From assembly GCF_006345805.1 (NCBI RefSeq), contig NW_021834668.1, positions 1-46,951 on the forward strand: DNA of 46,951 nucleotides. The letters run 5' to 3'. The position numbers and the translations under genes are program-made. The notes under the pieces were generated by a model. That model had not been told where the DNA came from. It did not search any database and saw nothing but the letters and a program-made list of their open reading frames with translations. Below, in pieces: positions 1 through 10,940 of this stretch. The stretch comes from Octopus sinensis. Taxonomy: Eukaryota. Every line of letters starts with the position of its first letter. The stretch's first letter is position 1.

Positions 1-124
1 CATTATTTTTTTTCACAATCATAATCTCTTTTTAAAACAAACATCACTGTAGTCCGACAAATTTACCTTCTCCTCAAAGCAACATAGAGGTTTCAATTCA
101 GCAGCCCGCCTATAAGCCTTGCAG

Positions 125-269
125 TTTGTGTGTGTGTGTGCGTGCGTGTGTGTGGGAGATAGAGAGAAAGAGAGAGTGAGAAAGTGTCACACATACGTGC
201 AAAAAACATGATAACACACATTTTGACACACTCACATACACCCCCCCCCCCCACACACACACACACATA

Positions 270-300
<31 letters not shown>

Positions 301-315
301 TTCTTCTCACGCACA
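125..315. repeat. Compound microsatellite cluster (GT, GA, poly-C, CA, CT)
   Basis: Direct reading of simple repeats; the overlapping short ORFs are translations of these repeats. Confidence 0.9.
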
Positions 316-1123
316 AGTGTTATGTAAACGATGATTCATTTTAATAGCATACTTTTCTGCTAGAAAATGTTTTTCTTACACCCACATGGCTTCGCTTGAT
401 TGAGGTGGAGGTAAAAATTTAGATTACAATTTATTTTATTGCTTATATTCCACCAATGGACCAAGCGTCTGTTACTTCGGCATCATCATTCCATAAAATG
501 TGTTGAATGGGAGAAAAATATTGAAAAAATATCAATACATGTAAAATTGAAAACGGAGGGTGGTTTGGAATGTGCTAGAATCAACAGCGAAACCTCCCTT
601 GAATTGTTCACCTTTTCCTCTGAAAATATTTACATTTTTTTGTCTTTACCGAAAAGACTCCTTCCATGGTTTTTAAGTTAAAAAGGAAAATAGCCAAAAT
701 CGGTCTGAATAGTTATTATTGTAGGGCTTATAGCGTTCCAAACAGCCATAACAACAGAATCACTTTTCAGTTATTTTTTACAAAAATTATAGCGGTATAT
801 TAAAAAAAATTTAATTCAATAAATAATGTTTTTATACTACGTATACATTAATAGAATAAACTGTGGGTTTTCTAAATAGCGAATTAAAACTTAAAATGAA
901 AACATTGAAAAAGCAAGTGAGAGACTTTGCAAATGAAAATGGAATAATCGGCAGTGAACGCAACGAATATTTGAATTTGTGAGAAATTGGACTTCAAAGA
1001 TCCAATAAAGTTCAGATATCGAAATTATAGGAAATTTCTTGGAACATGAATTTAAAAAAAAAATTCAGACTGTCATACATTTAATAATTGCTTTCTATTA
1101 GTACTTTTAGTAACTGTTACATA

Positions 1124-1560
1124 CCGCAGGAGTGGCTGTGTGGTAAGTAGCTTGCTAACCAGCCACATGGTTCCGGGTTCAGTCCCACTGCGTGGCATCT
1201 TGGGCAAGTGTCTTCTGCTATAGCCCCGGGCCGACCAATACCTTGTGAGTGGATTTGGTAGACGGAAACTGAAAGAAGTCTGTCGTATATATATGTATAT
1301 ATATATATATATGTATGTATGTGTGTGTGTGTGTGTGTGTGTGTTTGTGTGTCTGTGTTTGTCCCCCTAGCATTGCATGACAACCGACGGTGGTGTTTTT
1401 ACGTCCCCGTCACTTAGCGGTTCGGCAAAAGGAGATCCGATAGAATAAGTACTGGGCTTACAAAGAATAAGTCCTGGGGGTCGATTTGCTCAACTAAAAG
1501 CGGTGCTCCAGCATGGCCGCAGTCAAATGACTGAAACAAGTAAAAGAGTGTAAAAGAGTA
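1124..1560 (+). mobile_element. tRNA-derived SINE, family A, near full length, with internal (TA)/(GT) microsatellite
   Basis: A-box-like TGGCTGTGTGG (1133-1143), B-box-like GGTTCAGTCCC (1176-1186), core TTGGGCAAGTGTCTT, tail ...GAAACAAGTAAAAGAG. Five further copies or fragments occur in the window. Resembles octopus OR/OK-type SINEs (from memory). Confidence 0.9.
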
Positions 1561-1579
1561 TACCTAATTAATAAGCAGC

Positions 1580-1705
1580 TTTCCCTATTATAATATAGAT
1601 AGATAGATAGATAAATAGATGTGTGTGCGTGTGTCTGTGTATGTGTGTGTGTGTCTGTGTCTGTGTCTGTGTGTGTATGTTGTGTGTGTGTGTGTGTGTT
1701 GTTGT
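1580..1705. repeat. (GATA)n + (GT)n microsatellite
   Basis: Direct reading. Confidence 0.85.
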
Positions 1706-1761
1706 ACATACAAAGCTGTCGGCGGCGGCAGTGGCAGCGACAGGGACTCGTTTCTGAGTAT

Positions 1762-2095
1762 TTAGTACACTTCAGTCCGGGTGGGTAACATTTGTAGGGA
1801 ATGGTGGGTCTTCTGTTGGCTAATGAGCTCAATGCATACTCTAAACAGTTTATTGTAAGAAGGGCATTGGATTGTAAGTTCTGGTTGGGGTTGGGCTGCT
1901 CTTTCTTTCCTACATTGTCGTTTCATTCACATACCCGTTTTTCTGTGTTCTTCAAAACAGGATATTCCTGCTTCCCGGTCGAAATTCCGTCAAACACTGC
2001 GCCCGTTGACTCTCATTTTCCAGGAATTTTGGCCTATACCAGTATTCTTTAGAGTTTCCTTCAACTGGTTTTTGTAACGTTGCTACAAAGACCTC
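1762..2095 (-). mobile_element. 3' fragment of an RTE-clade LINE ORF (pseudogenised), including the degenerate C-terminal zinc-finger region
   Basis: Manual minus-strand translation from 2079: RYKNQLKETLKNTGIGQNSWKMRVNGRSV*RNFDREAGISCFEEHRKTGM*MKRQCRKERAAQPQPELTIQCPSYNKLFRVCIELISQQKTH. This matches the RTE pattern RYKDxLKxxLK...W..W...G...FE..R...KR..RK.R...CPxCxxxFxxRIGLxSHxxTH, with two in-frame stops. Confidence 0.75.
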
Positions 2096-2310
2096 TATGT
2101 GTGTGTGAGCGTGCGTGCGTGCGTGCGTGCGTGCATTGCGTGCGTGTAAATATATGAACACATAAGATCCCGACCAGATTTGGATTCAGAATGGAATAAG
2201 ACTCAATAATTCTCGACCTCCAGTGTTTTGTCCAGCTTCTGCCGAATATTGATTCTTTTTATCCGTTTGTTCAGGGCAGTAACACAGCTTTATCAACTGC
2301 TGTTCGAGTG

Positions 2311-2714
2311 TTTACTCTTTTACTCTTTTACTTGTTTCGGTCATTTGACTGCGGCCATGCTGGAGCACCGCCTTTAGTCGAGCAAATCGACCCCAGGACT
2401 TATTCTTGTAAGCCTAGTACTATTCTATCGATTCTCTTTTGCCGAACCGCTAAGTTACGGGGACGTAAACACACCAGCATCGGTTGTCAAGCGATGTGGT
2501 GGGGACAAACACAGACACACAAACATATACACCACACATACATATATATAAACATACATATATACGACGGTCTTCTTTCAGTTTCCGTCTACCAAATCCA
2601 CTTACAAGGCTTTGGTCGGGCCGAGGCACTTGCCCAAGGTGCCACGAGGTGGGAACGAACCCGGAACCATGTGGTTGGTAAGCAAGCTACTTACTACACA
2701 GCCACTCCTGCGCC
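2311..2714 (-). mobile_element. SINE family A, full length, with a ~16 bp deletion in the core
   Basis: Reverse complement of 1124-1560, including the head (GCCACTCCTGCG at the right end) and the tail (TTTACTCTTTTACTTGTTTC at the left end). Confidence 0.9.
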
Positions 2715-2789
2715 TATATTTAAAAGTTGCTAGAGAGACATTGGACGATCGAGAGAAATGCTGCATAGTTGACCGACCTCTGCTAGAAA

Positions 2790-3125
2790 TAGCAGTCAAA
2801 TTCTATCCCTCCTTCTTCTCCTCCATCTCTCTTTCTCCCTCTCTATCCATCTATGTATCTATCTATCAATCTGTCTTTCTCTTTCATTCGCCCACTCAAT
2901 AATAGAGCCTCTATCTGGTCACTTAACCTAATAGAAACAGTAACTGAATCTCTCTCAAATTACGTCTTTTCATCATTAAAATAAAATAATTAATAACAAC
3001 AACATCCTAGAAACTGTAGAGTAAAATGTACTATGTCTGCAAAAAAACAATACGTGTTGATCACGGCTGGGACACCATTGATCATGTCTGCTTAATCAGC
3101 GCTGACGTCAGTTAAACAACGACAA
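2790..3125 (+). mobile_element. Degenerate interspersed repeat (SINE-like family D), interrupted by a CT/CTAT microsatellite
   Basis: Shares GCTAGAAATAGCA...CCCTC and GGTCACG(G/A)CTGG...AAACAAC motifs with 17,340-17,500 and with fragments near 18,160-18,250 and 18,345-18,380. Confidence 0.45.
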
Positions 3126-4554
3126 TTGTTTCGTAAAAACAATTGATGGTAAAAATAGAGAAAAATATTTGTTTTATTACCACAATAAAACTTTGCTGCC
3201 TTAATAGGAGAATGCGGGTGAAGGGAGTTAACCGTCATAAGCAAACAGCTGAGCAAAACTCGCAAGACAAGAAATACGAGTTAATGGAGTCATCGCAAGT
3301 GCTGACATGAAACTGTATTGTTGTGAGTCGTTCAGTGCAGATAAATCGTCTTTGATATTGAATTTAATGCTCAATAACTTTGATCTATAATTGTTTCTGT
3401 GTTCGATAGAAAATCAATGACAAGTGGCGTAAAATAAATAAGTATTAAACCGATTTGAGGTTGCAGTTAATGTGTGTCACTTCACAACAGTTACTAAGAC
3501 GTCTGAGAAAGGCATGAATGTTACACAATCTTAGTCACCTTATTTGTGCCAATGCTAGTGTCAATGACCTTTGTAAACACTCCCACACTGACGTGACTGA
3601 AATACTGGTGTGTATATCATATACAATGTATATACAAACGTGGAAAGGCAATAGCTGTAACATTTTGTGTCAAGAAAACTTCTTAAAGGGATCTTGTCAA
3701 AGACTACAGCGTTTGCACACAATGTGTTAGGTGGGTCATCAGACACCGGAGTTTCGACGTCTTTAGATCTCCTCAGTAACGAATAGAGACACTCTGAAAC
3801 AACCCGAAAATATTCGTTCTGATATCGAAATCATTAAATAAACATTCATTCACTGATTTGTGGGGAAGCTGACCAGGCTAGAGCCCTGCTCTTTCATTTT
3901 TTAATGCATAAGTTTCTTCGAGCAATATCTCTGAAACAAAATATTACTGCTTGGGCCGTTCCATATGTGTATATACATTATGAACATTATTACACACATT
4001 GTTCTTTTAATTTAATGCTGTTTCATGTGTGTATTTTAATTATAGATGTGTTTGATACAACGTCTAAATCCCAAGCTGAATATTATGCAGGAAACGGAGT
4101 GAATGAACAGGAAGATCTAAATCAAATGTTTACAAAACTCCAGTACAACCACTCAAGGATCGTATAAGGATGTTGAGCCATGCAGTGTATTAGCTTTAAT
4201 ACACTAAAAACTCAAAGACTAGGTAAACGTGTTAGACTGGGTGATGTGTTTGACCTGTAACATAAAGAAACATCAATGGTTATAATGCATCCCATAATCC
4301 CTTGGAATGTAGAGGAACCAACTTTCCATTTCCAAACTATGTTTACCGGAACATTGTAACATTCATCAATTTTACAGTGCTCCTACTGCTTACAGCTCAT
4401 CGCTGTAAGGAGCACCAGGAGGTATCTATTTACAATTAAGTGGACTGGGCCGTTGATGGGTTGATATGTCATAACCTCTATTACGCAATCCGAACTACCG
4501 TCATTTTGGCTGGTAGTGGTGCAACATCCGATCTCCTTAATCATGCGGGACACA

Positions 4555-4810
4555 CTCTCCACCCACTCTCTCTCTCTCTTTCTCTCTCTCTTTCTTCCTT
4601 ATCTCTCTCCCTCTATTTCCATATTCTCTCTTCTATTTCCATCCCTCTCTTCCCACCACCCTTTCTCTATTCTATTTCCTTGTCCCATCTTCCTCCCCTA
4701 TTCCCTCCCCTTATTATCCTATCTCTTCCTTCTTTGTCCCTCCACTATCTCTCCCATTCCCTCTCTCTCCCTGACGCCCTCATCCCCTCTCGCCCTCTCC
4801 TCGCTCAAAA
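4555..4810. repeat. CT-rich polypyrimidine low-complexity tract
   Basis: Direct reading. Confidence 0.85.
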
Positions 4811-4964
4811 TCGATATGATCACTTCTACTGATTATACAATGATAAAAAGAAAAGTTGTCGTCACAGAAAAATCCACGACCCGATATCGATCCTAGTTAA
4901 AATGCATCTTCCTCCAATATATACATATCATGGCTGCTCCAAGTGAAGCCATGCATATGAGTAC

Positions 4965-5085
4965 GTGAGTATGTGTGTGTGTCTGTTATGTATGTATGTA
5001 CGTGAGAGTGTGTGTATATATATATATATATTTCGATCGGTGAATGAATTATCCTATATTATTTATATATATATATATTATATAT

Positions 5086-5116
<31 letters not shown>

Positions 5117-5234
5117 TGTGGTGGGTGTGTGTGTCTGTGTCTGTGTGTGTATGTATATATATATGTATGTGTGTATATATATATATGTGTATATTCGTAT
5201 ATATATATAGATTATATATAAGAAGTCCGCCGTG

Positions 5235-5274
<40 letters not shown>

Positions 5275-5505
5275 GCATATACATATATAGATGTATATAT
5301 ATATACGTATATATATATATCTATATATATATATATATACATACAACACACACCAACACACACACACCACCACACACACACACGACGGACTTCTTTCGGT
5401 TTCCGTCTACCAAATCCACTTAGTCCCGCGCTGTGGGACTCACTCCAGAACTAAGTGGTTAGGAAGCAAACTTCTTATCAGATTGTCCTTTGTGTGTGTG
5501 TGTGT

Positions 5506-5536
<31 letters not shown>

Positions 5537-5600
5537 AGTGTGGTGTGTTTGCGTGTGTGTGTGTGTGTGTGTGTGTGTGGTGTGCATGTGTGTAATTAAA
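4965..5600. repeat. Compound (TA)/(GT)/(CA) microsatellite field containing a SINE-A core fragment (about 5,380-5,475, minus strand)
   Basis: Direct reading; GACGGACTTCTTTCGGTTTCCGTCTACCAAATCCAC matches the SINE-A core. Confidence 0.8.
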
Positions 5601-5621
5601 TTCTGTATATGTATGAATATG

Positions 5622-5860
5622 TATTCTTTTATTCTTTTACTTGTTTCGATCATTTGACTGCGGCCATGCAGGAACACCACCTTTTATTCGAAGAAATCGA
5701 CCCTAAGGGTTATTTTTGTAAGCCCCGTACTTATTCTATCGGGCTGTTTTGCCGAACGGCTAAGTTACGGGAATGTAAACATACCAACGTCGGTTGTCAA
5801 GCGATGGTGGGGGAGGGACAAACACAAACACATATATACATACATACATACATACATATA
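5622..5860 (-). mobile_element. SINE family A, 3' half, diverged
   Basis: Homologous to 2311-2540 (TTTTACTTGTTTCGATCATTTGACTGCGGCCATGC...GGTTGTCAAGCGATGGTGGG). Confidence 0.8.
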
Positions 5861-6015
5861 TATAAATGGATGAATGAATTATCCTATGTTTACCGTTAAC
5901 ATGGAAAATTCAATAAACCGTTACCAGGGTAGCAAAATTCACGTCAGAAACACTGTTAAAGCGATCAATCCAAAGGTAGAAACTCCGGGTTGATGTGCAG
6001 TAATTTGTGTGTTAT

Positions 6016-6191
6016 AAATGAATAAATAAATGGAGTTGAACGAAGGTGTTATTAAAATTCTTTTACTTTCGACATATGTTTCGAAGACAACATTCCTTGA
6101 AAATAAAACCATGTGTCTTCGAAACATATGTCGAGAGTAAAAGAAGTTTAATAACATCTTCGTTCAACTCCATTTATTTATTTATTCATTT
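6016..6191. repeat. Inverted repeat (hairpin with ~75 bp arms), probably the end of a Penelope-like element; each arm contains GAAA-CATATG-TC
   Basis: AAATGAATAAATAAATGGAGTTGAACGAAG...CGACATATGTTTCGAAGAC is mirrored by GTCTTCGAAACATATGTCG...CTTCGTTCAACTCCATTTATTT. Confidence 0.65.
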
Positions 6192-6378
6192 ATTACATAT
6201 ATATTAATATATATATATATTATATATATATATATATATATACATACATACATACATACATATATATATATACATACATACATATATATATAACATACAT
6301 ACATGTATATACGTACATATATATATATATTATATATATATATATATACATATATACATACATATAATATATACATGT

Positions 6379-6422
<44 letters not shown>

Positions 6423-6423
6423 T

Positions 6424-6614
6424 GTAGGTCCGGGTTGATTCGGGGTTAACCACAGTAAATAAGGTACTCAATACATAGTAGAGTAAAATTAATTTATTAT
6501 ATAGAAGGAGCTTCTACAGGACTAGAACTGTTTCATTCAAGAGAAATCTTCAGGAAGCCTGAAGATTTCTCTTGAATGAAACAGTTCTAGTCCTGTAGAA
6601 GCTCCTTCTATATA

Positions 6615-6620
<6 letters not shown>
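6424..6620 (-). mobile_element. Penelope-like terminal repeat (pLTR) with an inverted truncated copy: perfect palindrome with 63 bp arms (6492-6554 / 6558-6620)
   Basis: Arms are exact reverse complements around a 3-nt loop AAG. 6424-6558 is a near-identical inverted copy of 7845-7981. The PLE assignment rests on the ribozyme core plus the inverted-pLTR architecture. Confidence 0.7.
6509..6559 (-). ncRNA. Type I hammerhead ribozyme motif (CUGAAGA core, GUA cleavage triplet)
   Basis: Minus strand reads GGCTTC-CTGAAGA-TTTCTCTTGAAT-GAAA-CAG-TTCTAGTC-CTG-TA-GAAGCT. Stem I is GCTTC/GAAGC, stem III is CAG/CTG, and all core nucleotides are present. Confidence 0.7.
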
Positions 6621-6652
<32 letters not shown>

Positions 6653-6738
6653 ACATACATATATATACAATATATAACATATATATACACTATATACATA
6701 TATATACATATATATACATATATATATATATATACACT

Positions 6739-6770
<32 letters not shown>

Positions 6771-6802
6771 CATATATATATATATACGTATATTTATATA
6801 TA

Positions 6803-7211
6803 CTGAAAGTATTAAACCTCTCTCCCTAGAGCGGAGGCGGGAGAGATATCCGGTGATATACATCTGGAAAATCCTGGAGGGTCTTGTCCCAAACTTTGCA
6901 TTCAAAGTTACCCCAACCGCAGAACGGGGTGCCACTGCATGGTGCCAAAGATTCCAACATCACCATCAAAATACAGGTCCAGATGCTGCAACAGCTTGGG
7001 TTTCAGAGGGCCACAGCTCTTTAACATCCTCCCTAAATGCTTGAGAGACTTACATGGTGTGGATGTGGGTTTCTTTAAAACTAAACTGGATCTCTTCTTG
7101 TCGGGGGTCCCAGATGAACCTACCTCACGACAGGAAACACAGATGCGGGCAGCAGCATCGAACTCCCTTGTTGATCAAGTGCCACGTATCAGAGGTGGAT
7201 TCACATATTAG
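6803..7211 (+). mobile_element. 3' end of a CR1-group LINE ORF2 (frameshifted pseudogene)
   Basis: Joined frames give [24 protein letters not shown]...[13 protein letters not shown]...[20 protein letters not shown]...FKTKLDLFLSGVPDEP...RAAASNSLVDQ, typical C-terminal motifs of CR1/L2-group RT ORFs. Confidence 0.8.
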
Positions 7212-7298
7212 TGTAGTTCATTAGTGTAGTATATATAATATATACATATATATATATATTTACATATATATTATATATATATAATTTATTATAGAAGG

Positions 7299-7349
7299 AG
7301 CTTCTACAGGACTAGAACTGTTTCATTCAAGAGAAATCTTCAGGAAGCT
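7299..7349 (-). ncRNA. Type I hammerhead ribozyme motif
   Basis: Reverse complement of AGCTTC-CTGAAGA-TTTCTCTTGAAT-GAAA-CAG-TTCTAGTC-CTG-TA-GAAGCT; 6 bp stem I. Confidence 0.75.
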
Positions 7350-7545
7350 AGTTAACAAGAATTGTATTGGCATTTATACATTTAGGCAGGTTTAAAGGGG
7401 TGTTGGTGGGGGACTTTTTGGGGGTAGGCATAGCGCAAAAAATCATACTTGGGGGAGTGGTCAAGGAGTCAGTGTTAAATTAGATAGGAGAATAAAAAAA
7501 AATAAAAAATAAAAAATAAAAAATAAAAAATAAAAAATAAAAAAT

Positions 7546-7582
<37 letters not shown>

Positions 7583-7655
7583 AAAATATAAAAAAATAGA
7601 AAGAAAAAAAAATTTTATTTTTTTATTTTTTTATTTTTTATTTTTATTTTTATTT

Positions 7656-7692
<37 letters not shown>

Positions 7693-7844
7693 ATTTTTTT
7701 TATTCTCCTATCTAATTTAACACTGACTCCTTGACCACTCCCCCAAGTATGATTTTTTGCGCTATGCCTACCCCAAAAAGTCCCCCACCACCACCCCTTT
7801 AAACCTGCCTAAATGTATAAATGCCAATACAATTCTTGTTAACT

Positions 7845-7895
7845 AGCTTCCTGAAGATTTCTCTTGAATGAAACAGTTCTAGTCCTGTAGAAGCT
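7845..7895 (+). ncRNA. Type I hammerhead ribozyme motif; predicted cleavage after GUA (7889/7890)
   Basis: AGCTTC-CTGAAGA-TTTCTCTTGAAT-GAAA-CAG-TTCTAGTC-CTG-TA-GAAGCT. Stem I AGCTTC/GAAGCT, weak stem II TTC/GAA, stem III CAG/CTG. Confidence 0.75.
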
Positions 7896-7978
7896 CCTTC
7901 TATATAATAAATTAATTTTACTCTGCTATGTATTGAGTACCTTATTTACTGTGTTAAACCCCGAATCAACCCGGGACC

Positions 7979-8014
<36 letters not shown>

Positions 8015-8255
8015 CATATATATATATATATAATATATATATATTATTATATATATATATATTTACATATATATATGTGTATATATATATATATTTATAC
8101 TGGTGAGTGTGTTAAATCATAAGGCACAAAAAGAAAATGACTCTCCCCAGACACAACAGAATGTGTTTCAACACACGAACTCATATAAAGAATCTTGTAA
8201 ACCAAATCCAAAAACGAAAGGCATATATATATACATATACGTATGTATAAGTATA

Positions 8256-8658
8256 TCTTTATATATAAAAGTAAGGCTGTGTGTCTGTCTCCTACATTTA
8301 GATTTAGATTACAACTACTCCCACATTTCGCGGTGCAGTTTAACCAAAACCGGGTATCTTATAGTCGTGATTCATATCGAGCCCTTCTGTGTATTAGCGC
8401 GCGTCTACGATGAGTCTACGATTTAAAAAAAAAATTTACCATCATTTTTTTTCCATTTTAATGCATTTTTTCGCTATTATATAAGGGAAGTAACTCTCTA
8501 AAAATGTCTACGATAAGTCAACGATTTTTTAAAAATTTACCATAATTTTTTTTCCATTTTCAATGCATTTTTTTGCTATTTTTTGGCTATAACTCTTTAA
8601 AAATGCTTATATAGTTATTTCCCTTACAAACCCAAGCAACGCCGGGCGATACTGCTAG
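8256..8658 (+). mobile_element. Non-autonomous Helitron (5'-TC...CTAG-3', inserted at A|T) with an internal ~100 bp tandem duplication
   Basis: A|TCTTTATATATAAAAG start; GC-rich subterminal GCAACGCCGGGCGATACTG followed by CTAG|T. The duplicated unit GTCTACGAT...AAAAAT lies at about 8404-8505 and 8506-8605. Confidence 0.7.
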
Positions 8659-8671
8659 TATATATATATAT

Positions 8672-8784
8672 GGCCTGTTCGCTTAGCCAGCGGGCTGGCG
8701 TCATTCAAAGGCTAAAAACAATGCGAACGCATTGTGACCAGCGATGTGTAACAACATCTGATGGTCTGGTCGGTCGCGTGATCG

Positions 8785-8790
<6 letters not shown>
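8672..8790 (+). mobile_element. Probable SINE 3' fragment (separate family)
   Basis: GC-richer island ending in a short repeated tail CGCGTGATCGCGTGAT inside a TA microsatellite; recognised from memory as a common octopus repeat and present only once here. Confidence 0.35.
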
Positions 8791-8815
<25 letters not shown>

Positions 8816-9339
8816 GCGATTTTTCTCTTTCACAATATCCACCATCTTGATTGTAGAAGGAAGACATCAGCACCGTTGCGTAAAATGGAAATATAGATAT
8901 AAATGAACATAAATAAAAATAGGCTATTTGTAACCTAAGCCCGTGTTTCGGTGGGATTCATTCTTCTCATTTCAAAAACATGTTAAGGAACAGACTGAAT
9001 ATAGCACGTTAATATCACCGTCGCTTACCAGGAATTAGTCCCAATCACCGTAAATTCTTCAGAATAACATGTTTTTTTTTTGTATTTTTTTTTTGTATAC
9101 TAAATTCGACCTTTCCGTTATCACCCACCTAACGAAACTAAATGATTCCCTATCGAAACTCGGACTCCATCTTATCTGCTTAAAGCTGCCAGCTATTTAT
9201 CATCTCTTGGGCCGGAAACTTCCTGTCAAACTACACCACAGAACTTCATTCCGGCGAGGGTGTCTCAGACGCCCAGTTTAAGATTTCTCTCTTGTCTCAA
9301 GGTACATTTATGCTTTTAATGTCTTTCCTTCACTAAATT

Positions 9340-9545
9340 CGTTTCAAATTTTAACACAGGGCCAGCAATTTCACGGGAGAAGCTAAGACGATTACATCCA
9401 TCCCGGTACTCAACTGCTACTTATTTTATCGATTGTGAAGGGATGAAAGGCAAAGTGAGCTTCGGCGGAATTTGAACTCAGAACGTAAGCACAGACGAAA
9501 TGCCATTAAGCATTTAGCTCAGCGCGCTAACGATTCTGCCAGCTC
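9340..9545 (-). mobile_element. tRNA-derived SINE family B (tail variant 2)
   Basis: Reverse complement gives GAGCTGGCAGAATCGTTAGCGCG...ACGTTCTGAGTTCAAATTCCGCCG (B box GTTCAAATTCC), homologous to the 16,644 copy. Confidence 0.8.
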
Positions 9546-9560
9546 TATATTAACACTTTG

Positions 9561-9770
9561 TGGCGGCAAGATGGCACGCCGGGCGAAATGCTTTGCGGTA
9601 TTTCGTGTGTCTTTACGTTCTGAGTTCAGATTCCGCCGAGGTTGACTTTACCTTTCATCTCTTCGGGGTCGATTAAGCAAGTAGCAGTTACGCACTGGGG
9701 TCGATACAATCGACTTAATCCGTTTGTCTGTCCTTATTTGTCCCCTCTGTGTGTAGCTCCTTGTGGGTAT
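9561..9770 (+). mobile_element. SINE family B (tail variant 1)
   Basis: Homologous to 16,644-16,876; head-to-head with the preceding copy, ~15 bp apart. Confidence 0.85.
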
Positions 9771-9919
9771 TCAATCATGAATAGCTTCTTTTCACTCTTA
9801 ATATACATACACACATACATACATACATGCATACATACTTGCTTACATATGTACATGCGCATGCGTAAGTGTGTGTATGCGCACGCGAGTGTGAAATGAA
9901 CGAAAGTGAGAAGTTGGTA

Positions 9920-9970
9920 GATAGATAGATAGTCAGACAGACAGACAGACAGACAGACAGGCAGGCAGGC

Positions 9971-10028
<58 letters not shown>

Positions 10029-10086
10029 ACAGATAGACCGACAGACAGACAGACAGATAAATAGATAGATAGACAGACAGACAGAC

Positions 10087-10148
<62 letters not shown>
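9920..10148. repeat. Long compound (GATA)n/(GACA)n/(GGCA)n tetranucleotide repeat
   Basis: Direct reading. Confidence 0.95.
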
Positions 10149-10149
<1 letters not shown>

Positions 10150-10744
10150 CGTAAATATAAATATGAGTGTGTGCGTGTGTACAATGATCTGTGTGTGTGT
10201 GTGTCTACAAGGATTTGTGTGTGTGTGTGTATGTGTGTGCGCGCGCTAAGAGTTCCAAGCAGGAAATTGGAGTGGGGTGCAAAAGAAGTATTAACAAATA
10301 AATAAAAATGCTTCTCCCGAAAAAGCCGGCACTTTTACCGACCTAAGTTTGACCCTTAAAGCGGCGACCAAAGTGTAAAAGAAAATAGTGAACGTTTGGT
10401 TAGAATTTCTTTATATTTATATATATTTATTTCTTCGTTTTGGTGTTTGTTTTTTTTTTTGTTAAGGCAATCCTTCAATCCTTCACTGCCTATCCATCTT
10501 CAGTGTCGACATTTCACACCTATCTGTCAGACTGATTGAAGATGGCCATTCATTTTCATGTCGTCTGCTCTTCAGTCTACGCTCAGCTTCCGTTAGAAAG
10601 GGAAAAAAAGTTGTTTGAAAATTTCTCGTCTGAATGATACAGAGTAGATTTATACATTTGTTTGTTGTCTTTGTTTGAATCTTAATTTTGTTTTGTGTGT
10701 GTGTGTGTGTGTGTGTGATCTTTTATTTATACGTTGTACGTGTT

Positions 10745-10940
10745 GAATATACAGTCACTACCACCATCACAACTACAGCCTCCACAATAGCTGCTACTAA
10801 GGATTTTGCTGATGATGATGATGCTGATGATGCTGATGATGATGATGCCGCTGATGATGATACTGCTGCTGATGATGATACTACTATGACTACTACTACT
10901 ACGACGACGACGACGATGACCTCGACGATGACGGCGACAA
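10745..10940. repeat. Compound trinucleotide repeat (GAT/GCT/ACT/ACG)
   Basis: Direct reading; source of the poly-D/T and poly-S/V ORFs. Confidence 0.85.

Larger units (their letters stand above)
7283..7981. mobile_element. Inverted pair of Penelope-like pLTRs forming a ~630 bp near-perfect palindrome (7283-7913) centred on (AAAAAAT)n/(ATTTTTT)n
   Basis: The left arm (about 7283-7612) and right arm (about 7613-7913) are reverse complements with few mismatches. The right arm continues to 7981 as the inverted copy of 6424-6500. Confidence 0.75.

Noticed and set aside
439-681. Mariner C-terminus-like KCVEWEKNIEK
   Set aside because: Similarity is limited to a few residues; no other transposase motif or TIR was found.
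4046-4232. Possible exon (TTATAG acceptor ... AG|GTAAAC donor; DVFDTTSKSQAEYYAGNGVNEQEDLNQMFTK)
   Set aside because: All three frames contain stops before the donor, there is no recognisable homology, and no partner exons are evident.
9000-10610. Isolated splice-like signals (minus-strand CTG|GTAAGC near 9,025; possible short minus-strand exon about 10,500-10,600)
   Set aside because: No consistent exon chain or protein homology could be established by eye.
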